A stretch of DNA of 64,000 nt, from NCBI GenBank assembly GCA_013239625.1, contig MU053810.1, forward strand, positions 620,001 through 684,000. The letters run 5' to 3'. The translations under genes and the position numbers were made by a program. Of this stretch, positions 56,123-64,000 are shown in pieces. Positions within the stretch are counted from its first letter, which is position 1. Every line of letters begins with the position of its first letter. The notes under the pieces are model-generated. The model was not told where the DNA came from and did not search any database. It worked only from the letters and a program-made list of their open reading frames with translations. The stretch comes from Lama guanicoe. Lineage: Eukaryota.

Positions 56123-56272
56123 AAGCAAAAGAACCTAAGGATAATAAGGAGGTACCGAATCCTGATGACCTGGAACTCGAGTTGGAGAACCTAGAGATTA
56201 ATGATGATGCTTTGGAGTTAGAGGGTGGAGATGAAGCTGAAGATCTTACAAAGAAACTTCTTGATGAGCAAG
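56123..56272 (+). CDS. UPF2: UPF2 exon 6 (150 nt)
   Basis: AG 56121-56122, GTAAAC 56273; AKEPKDNKEVPNPDDLELELENLEINDDALELEGGDEAEDLTKKLLDEQ. Confidence 0.95.
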
Positions 56273-56904
56273 GTAAACACTTCTGCCAAATACCTTAATT
56301 TTTGTTTAGTTGTTATACACAAAGCTCTTGCCTGTGAATATGAATCTTTACTCTTTAATTCCTTGTTTTCCTGTTGTTTCTAGGCCATCACTTTTTTGGA
56401 ATTTGACTTGAAACAGAAATACTACATGTCCCATATTATGTGACCACAGACTTCAGTGATAATTAAATCTTAATGGATATTTCTTATACTCTACCTTCTA
56501 GCATTGTCCTTAATGTAAATTAATTCTGATATAATCTGTACAAAAATATATTTAATAATTATTCTAAAATGGTTGAGAGATAAAAAGACAATTAGTGTAT
56601 CAGTTCATCTGTGATAATTTTATGTCTTTATAATTGAATAATGTTTTGTCTGTAGTGATAAAAATATCACACTGTTAATTATTTCCTGCATACTTCCTAT
56701 CAGGTTTCTTTATTAGTTACAATTCTTTATTAGAAGGATACCTTACCTTCTTGTCAGTATTGCTTTTCTCTCTGTTGGCTTCATTGTTTCCTACTGTAGA
56801 TTCTCTTTCTCTGTGTCATGAAGGGAGGGAAAGCATGGCTCGAGGCTGCCCCAGGCTCAGACCAGCTGGTGACATCAAAGGATGAGAGGGGTTCTCTCCC
56901 CCTG

Positions 56905-57240
56905 TCTGTATACGCACAGCATGGAAGGACTTGGCTAGTCCTGGGCCGTGCTGGCCTGTGCTGAGAGGAGTGGTGGTGTACTGAGTGCTTTGCTAAATAC
57001 CCAAGTTTAAACAACGACAGTTTGTCCATCAGTTCTTTCAAGTAAAAATGGTATCCTATGCAAAAAGCAACTAGTTTAGCTTGGCACCTGCCCCAGCACA
57101 GTCTCGTGGATTGCCTTTGATGGCAAGCAGTGATCATAATGTTAACTGAAGGTGTGGGAGAAGGGGTGCTCGAGAGATAAAAATAATGGATCTACAATAA
57201 AACTACATGCAATTTATGACGTTGATTTTGTGTCTCATGC
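56905..57240 (-). mobile_element. Charlie1-like hAT fragment
   Basis: 56989-57083 is the reverse complement (84/95) of 58259-58353. Confidence 0.6.
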
Positions 57241-57469
57241 AAGTTTACCTTTTTATACTTGATATCTGAAAGACTGTGATGATCAGTTTAGAATTATGAT
57301 TCTAGAGATGCCCAAACTTTCTAGGATAATATCTCAGTGCTTCATTTTTTTCATGAGTGCGAAAAATGCTCTAGATTATCTGTGTTCCAAATAACTTATT
57401 ATTGGATGTTTTTATTCTTCTATTGTCTATGTATTTTTTTAACCTATTTCAAAACTACTTTTATGTTAG

Positions 57470-57573
57470 AACAAGAGGATGAAGAAGCCAGCACTGGATC
57501 TCATCTCAAGCTCATAGTAGATGCTTTCCTCCAGCAGTTGCCCAACTGTGTCAACCGTGATCTGATAGACAAG
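57470..57573 (+). CDS. UPF2: UPF2 exon 7 (104 nt)
   Basis: AG 57468-57469, GTATGA 57574; QEDEEASTGSHLKLIVDAFLQQLPNCVNRDLIDK. Confidence 0.96.
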
Positions 57574-57837
57574 GTATGATTGTCTCTATGTGACTTTACT
57601 CAAGCACATACACCTTGTAGGATAGCTCTAATTAGGAATGTCTGTGGTTTTTGGACTGTTTTGGCCATAGAATGAACCATTTCTTCAAGTGGAATCTTAC
57701 ATGGGAATCCAAAATAAACACACAGTTGGAACCGGTTTGTTCATCTTACGTTTGGGGTGGAACTGTCTCTAGGATCCTGTTGGCTTGACTCTGCCCTTCA
57801 TGTAGGGATGCCACGGTTTGGAAAATACTGTTTTAGA

Positions 57838-59310
57838 CTAGAAGTTCTTAAAGTGTGCTCTGTAGGTTCTTGGTGTCATCTGAGGCACTTTCAGGGGCTC
57901 TGTAAAGTCAAAAAACCTTTTTATACTAGTACTAGGATTTTCCCCACCGCTTGCTCAGTGTTTTCAACATTTGCAAATGTGATGATGGGTCAAGTTGCTG
58001 GTGTTTTAACGTGGATCGTAATGCAGTGGCAGCAAACTGGAGTAGTGGCCGTTGTGTTCTTCGTAGCCATGAATTTGCAATTAAAAAAACAATGCCACTT
58101 TCACTTAAGAATCTCCTTGAATCCATGAAAATTGGTGATTTTATTTAGTTTCTACCTTTGAGCACACTTCATTTTAACCTGATGAAATGAGAAGGATATG
58201 AAAAACACATCTCCTGTCTCAAGTTGTCTCCAGAAAAGCCACCTGTGTGATTGACTTGCAAGCTAAGCTAGTTGTTTTTTGCATGAAATACCATTTTTAT
58301 TTGAAAGAGCTGATGGACAAACTGTGGTTATTCAAACTTGGATATTTAGCAAACATTTTTCTAAGATGAACAAGGTGAGCCTGTCACTTCAAGGGAAATA
58401 GCTGAAAATATTCGTTGCCAATGAATAAATTTGAGTTTTCAACAAAAATTAGAATTTTGGAAAACTTAAGTCCACCAACATAATTTATTGATAAGACTTT
58501 TCTGATGATATTGGTGATGATGTTAAATAATGTAATTTGAAAATATTATGGAAGTATTTGGAAGATCTGCATACCTCAGTGAACCATTGCTGTAAATGAT
58601 GAGTACACAAAGTGAACGAAAATCCACTCAGAGTGCAAGAGAGACCAGTGGATTTGGGGGTGGGGGGTGGGGCTTGGTTTGTTTGTTTGTTTATTTAAAG
58701 TGGAGATTCTGAGGATTAAACCCAGGTCCTTGTGCATGCTAAGCACTCTCTCTGCCACTGTATCCTCCCCCAACTAATGGATTTTATGAAAATCCATGAA
58801 AAGTTGATTGATGTGGTTTCAGATTTCACATTGCAACTAACAATGAAGAAACTACCACTTGTCAAGTTTTGGTGAAGTATCAGATATCTATAACTACTGA
58901 AAAAGATATTAAAATACCTCTCCCCTTCCAGCTGCATAGATGTGTGAAACCAGAGTTTCTTCATATACTTCATCCAAAACAACACAGCAGATTGAATGCA
59001 TAAATAGATACGAGAATCTGGCTGTCTTCTGAAAGAATGCCACTCTACTGTTACTGATTTTTCTTCATTTTAAAAAATATTTTCAGAAAGTGTTAGTAAC
59101 TAATAGATTTATTGGTATTTTTTCTTTTCTTCCCCTGTCCCTTTATTGGTATTTTTAAGTGAATTAATATTTTAAAAATTTCTCAGTTTTAACTTCTAAA
59201 ACAGTAAATGCCGATTAATGTATTAATCCACATATACAAAGTTCACTCAGGTCCTTAACAGCTTTTAAGACTGTAAAGGACTCTTGAGACCCAAGTTTGA
59301 AAATCATTGC
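57838..59310 (+). mobile_element. Charlie1-like hAT DNA transposon remnant with nested SINE (~58654-58771, minus)
   Basis: Termini GTTCTTAAAGTGTG...AAGTTTGAAAATCATTG; internal GTGAGCCTGTCACTTCAAGG; nested SINE GGATTAAACCCAGG. Confidence 0.65.
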
Positions 59311-60048
59311 TTTAGGCCATTTTTTGGTCAAGGTGTAATGTAATCTTTTATCTTTTCTTCCCCCATCATGCTCTGAGGTCCTCTATAGAGAACTATAGAC
59401 GTTACACTGTTTTTCAATTTTCAGCTTGTTTTAGCTCTTCTACAAATAATTTAAGATGTATTTCAGTAACTGTTCATATAATCAAATAGGCTGGAAACTG
59501 ATTCCAAATTGGCTTACCTTTTGGAGTGATTAGGTCTATAAATAGTTTTCAAACAGTAATTACGGCATTTATTTGTTTTAAGAGATAGTCTCTTTTATCT
59601 TTCTGATGTAGAATGTAGCCAAAACTACCTCTTAAACAGTTGCTTATTTTTGTAAGGTTGGGATATGATCGAATCTTTCCTCTGCTAAATTTTCATATAT
59701 TCATTAGATATAAACAGGATGAGAGAGAGACCTCGACATGCCTGCTGCGCCCCACACCCATGCTGAGTGCTGTGATGAAAGTCAAATGGGAGAGCTCATG
59801 TGAATCTGGATTGTAAAGTGTCCTGCACTGTTAAGAGCTCTTGCCAGTAATGACCGTATATTAAATTCTGATTTAGCTCTTGGAGGGTCAGGTGGAAAAC
59901 AGGAGGCTACCCTTCTCTGTTGGACCTCAGTGGTTTCCTCTGGGAGTCAGCTTCCGCATGAAAGGAATTTCTTCCATATATATTGGCAAAGGTCCAAACG
60001 GCTTAAGAGGGGAAAGTAGTTTGGAAATAGAAAAATCTGAGAATTCTT

Positions 60049-60155
60049 TTTTTTCTTTTCTTTTTTTTTTCTTAAGTGGAGGTACTGAGAATTGAACCCA
60101 GGACCTCGTGCATACTAAGCATGCACTCTACTACTGAGCTGTACCCCCCCCACCA
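60049..60155 (-). mobile_element. tRNA-derived SINE
   Basis: Flanked by AGAATTCTTT on both sides. Confidence 0.86.
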
Positions 60156-60299
60156 TAAGAATTCTTTGAGTTAAACCCAAGTGAAGATTTCTTTTATGTG
60201 ACTTATACTGGTAACATCATTCATGGTGATGCTTATTTTTGCATGCATTTGATGATCAGAAAAATTTACTTTTACTTATAAAATAAAAGATTGTTGACT

Positions 60300-60448
60300 C
60301 TTTTGTTTCTTATATTTTAGGGGGGAGGTAATGTGGGGGGTCTAGGTAATTAGGTTTATATATTTATTTTTAATGGAGGCACTGGGGATTGAACTGAGGA
60401 CCTCAGGCATGCTAGGCATACACTCTGTCACTGAGCTATAGCCTCCCC
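60300..60448 (-). mobile_element. tRNA-derived SINE
   Basis: GGTAATTAGGTTTAT...GGGGATTGAAC...CACTGAGCTATAGCCTCCCC. Confidence 0.85.
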
Positions 60449-61815
60449 TTGAACTGTCTTTCATGTACCTCAAATGTTTTGAAATAAGTTTTCAAAAAAC
60501 ACTGCTTATTGAATTGTCAGGCAGCAGTTGTGACCCAGGCAGACGGACACCACCACAGTGAAGTCTTTGCTTCCATTTCTCCCCAAAGGGCGGGACTGGT
60601 TAAATCTAAGAATTAATATACATGTGAAGATTTTTTTTCTTTTTAATTTCCTCAAATTTATTAATTTGGGCAGTTTTCCCAGGATTTTTCATGTAGTCTT
60701 GATTCATTTATTCTGCGTATTTATTGAACCACTAGTGTTTGTACCAGGCATTGACATGTTGTATGAGCTCCTAATCTTTGCAGAGTTTTGAGAATTACAG
60801 TTTTTTTCCCATCTAACTGACCTTTGATTATTGTTATAGGAAAAATGATTATTGCCTTCTCTATTTTTATAAAATGTATTTCATAGATTATGTAAAGTAC
60901 TTTTGCATTTTAAAGGATAATTAAAAGTTATTGAAGTACATTTTATTTTGTTTCTAAATTTGTGTTGAAACAAAGGCCATTATTAGCCATTAAATTTTTT
61001 TCTTTATATTTTCTTTATTTTTTTTTCAGAAGTATTGATTTGAGAAGTTTGTGTGTGTGTGTGAAGTTTTCTTGTTAATCAATTTTCTGGATACATGACC
61101 TTTGGGATTTGTATTATACTAGTCCATAATTTTTTGACGTTTCATATGGGTGAATTACTTGAAGGAACTTTAGTGTATTTTCACCTTTCCTCTTTGTAAT
61201 TCTAATTAGCTCTAATAAGCTTTACTGTTATAAAGTATACATTTTAATAAAATTTATTTTATATCCCCTTTATAAGAAGAAAAAATTTAAATGAGTTTTA
61301 CTCTCTTGACTAATATTGATATAAAGTTTCAATCTTGGTGAATGAACTTTCAATATGAGTTAGTTTTCTGGGTTTGAATCTAATCAACATTGGTTGAGCC
61401 ATTTGTTTCATCAAAAGTTTTAACCTAATGGGAGATGTTTCACTGTCTATAGTGAAGAGTTGAAATCCTTTATAGTTTAGGTAAGTCTGAGGATCTTTTA
61501 TTTGCATCAGATCCTCAAATCAACCTAAAGACTGGGATTAATAATAAAACAATCATGTGTACCTATAGATGGAAAATACTGAGATGCCCAAAAGAATTTT
61601 AGTAACAGTTTATTTCTTTTTTAGACTATAACTTAAACTTGTTGTTTTCTTAACCTGTATATATTGAAGTTTGGATTGTGTTTGTAATACCGGTGTCTTA
61701 AAACCATTCTAAACTGTTTAGGACTACTAGAAATCCATTGTAGCAGGCAGGGTTTCTCCTTTCAGTAGCTAAATCGAGATATTTTTAAGAAAAAAGTTTG
61801 CTTTTTCTCCTATAG

Positions 61816-61901
61816 GCAGCAATGGATTTTTGCATGAACATGAACACAAAAGCAAATAGGAAGAAGTTGGTACGGGCACTCTTTATAGTTCCCAGACAAA
61901 G
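61816..61901 (+). CDS. UPF2: UPF2 exon 8 (86 nt)
   Basis: AG 61814-61815, GTAGGT 61902; AAMDFCMNMNTKANRKKLVRALFIVPRQ. Confidence 0.96.
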
Positions 61902-64000
61902 GTAGGTATTAAAGAAAAAAGGGATTTCTTTGTGTTTTTACCCTGCAGTGATGATTGGAAGATTTAAGTTCTTAATTATTTTCTCTTTATAATGTCCCTT
62001 GTCAACATAAGTTACTATTATTGTTAGAGTATTTACTAGAACTTGCTTCTCATTGACTTTTGTTCATTTGTTCATTGGCTCTAGTGGAAATGTTTCTTCT
62101 GATGCTTTCCTGTTATTTCAAGAGAAAATGTTTAAGAATAATAGGAACTTAATAACTGAATCATTGTTAGAAGCAATAGGTTTACATTTTTGCCTCTAAG
62201 GAAAAAAATAATAAATGATATATGTATTTTTGGAAAGTTTTCATTTTGTGGAGAGATCAGACTAAATTGAGTATCTAATTCTCAGGAGTTGTGTTTAAAT
62301 GAAAAATTTCAAGTTTTTTTTGGTAATTACGATAGTTTTGAATTGGAAGGCTCATTAGTGATTATGTTGCTAGTAATTCAAGCAGCTTACTCAGTTGCAT
62401 AGTGCTTTTAGAGAATGTAATACTCCAAGTTACACTAAATTTACACCACCTACATCAACTGTGTATTTTAGGACCACAACAGGTCATAGACTGTGGACTT
62501 CAGGAATCTGGAGGAGATCCATCTCTGTTTATTCAGCAGTGAATAATTAGAGGATTTTGTTGTCTGTTACGATGATTACATACAACATAGCTAAGATAGA
62601 TTCTTTCCCCAAAGGATAAGGATCCTGAGGGATTTCACTAAAGGTTTCTTAAGCAAAATTTTGATTTGGTTCATCCATTGGTCTCCTATTGGTAAAATTT
62701 CTCAGTGAACAAAATCACTACTTTTCTTTTTTCTTTTATATTGGTTTTTATCTCCTGTCAGCAGCATTAATTAATGTGAGCATTTGGTTTTTCATTTTAG
62801 TGGGGCAAAGGAGGTGAAATGTGCTAATGTAGTGAGTAAGTAATTCAGAAATTGAGAAAATCATAGATGAATTATTTTTACTATATAAAATTATATATGG
62901 CATTATGAGGTGCACCATTATTTCATGTACAACTGAGAAAAAAAATATTGCCAGTTATTTTTAAGGCTTTGATTTCAAGACACATTCTGCTTTGAAACTC
63001 AAATATTTTAATATCTTGGACCAGTTTTTTTTAACTGATGCTTTTCTTGACCTATACAATGGAATGTTTACTTTCATAGTTTTCTTTTCAACTATTTATT
63101 TGAACGAAGAAACATGCAGTAACAATTATCTGGACTTTTAGCATAAAATGAACCAAATTTAGCAAAAATAAAAGGCATTATTAATGAAAAGAAATTAGGC
63201 AGCGATAGTTAAGTAGTTTACTTATAAAAGAGAATTTTGCCTCCCTGTAACCCCATTCCATCCCACTTCACCATCCCCACCCCCCAAATGCTCCTCAGGA
63301 ACTATACACTTTTACCTGGTCTTATGCCAGTTATATCCTTTATAACTGGATTTATCTGCGTAGCTCACAGCTACAAATTAGAAGTAGTTGGAATCTGCTA
63401 GAATCAGTCTTGAAAGTAGTAGGAAGTAAAACTTTATGGTTTGAGAGGACAGGAGAAAAATAAAGATGCAAATTCTTGAAATGCGTAGCCTCTTGGAGCC
63501 ATGAGAAAGAGACCACATAGTCTTACATACCTGAAATATGTAAGTATAAAAATTTAGGTTTCTTGCAGTCAGCCTGAGTGATCAAGAAAGGTTAAATTAA
63601 GTTGTAAAACTAACTTACTCATTCATCAAGGATCTATAGTATGTTGTGATTAGTGCTGGAAATGCAGAGGTGCACAAGACAGAGTCAGCTCTTGTACTCA
63701 CATAGCTTATGGTTTGGAGAGGGAGAAGAGCAGGATTTAAGTGCGGTTACCAAGAAGAATTCCAGCATTATTTATAGAGTATATAACAAGTGGAACTGAT
63801 TGAATCAGTCTCAGGAGCCAGAGAAGGCTGCTTGGAACAAGGGTCATTTAATCTGAGTCCTGAGAAAGGGCTGAGCTAGGCTAGGGGTGGATGAGGAAAG
63901 GGAAGGTAAAGGGCGTTTCTGGCAGAGGCAGCCGTGTGTGCGAAGAGCCAGAGACGGGAAGGGCCACGCATCAGACTACTGCAGAAACCTCCTCCTTGGC

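Larger units (their letters stand above)
37707..61901 (+). other. UPF2: UPF2 gene body (regulator of nonsense transcripts 2), coding exons 2-8; continues beyond window
   Basis: Exons encode MPAERKKPASMEEK..., first MIF4G domain (RLDSSLKKNTAFVKKLK...), ...AAMDFCMNMNTKANRKKLVRALFIVPRQ. Confidence 0.97.

Overview
Mammalian genomic DNA, most likely camelid (inferred from about 17 copies of a tRNA-derived SINE resembling camelid vic-1). It holds two divergently transcribed, intron-rich genes with separate CpG-island promoters about 9 kb apart. DHTKD1 (minus strand) runs from ATG 22891 through exons 1-7 off the left edge; UPF2 (plus strand) has non-coding first exon(s) at ~32.3-32.8 kb, ATG 37707 and seven coding exons to 61901, continuing off the right edge. 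All coding-exon boundaries were located by GT/AG and phase continuity. The rest is transposon debris (SINE, L1, MIR, MaLR/ERV LTR, hAT/Tigger), microsatellites and a TMA7 processed pseudogene. The main anomalies are: (1) a near-perfect 1309-bp tandem duplication giving two copies of DHTKD1 exon 6; (2) an in-frame TAA plus frameshift in UPF2 exon 5; (3) two candidate UPF2 first-exon donors that would give either an in-frame 42-aa N-terminal extension or a uORF ending in a TAATG stop/start overlap; (4) an 88%-identical inverted repeat around UPF2 exon 7. Items 1 and 2 may well be assembly errors. No wholly new biological system is demonstrable from sequence alone; item 3 is the best candidate for real, under-described regulation. 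Orthologue and repeat-family names are from recall, not searches.
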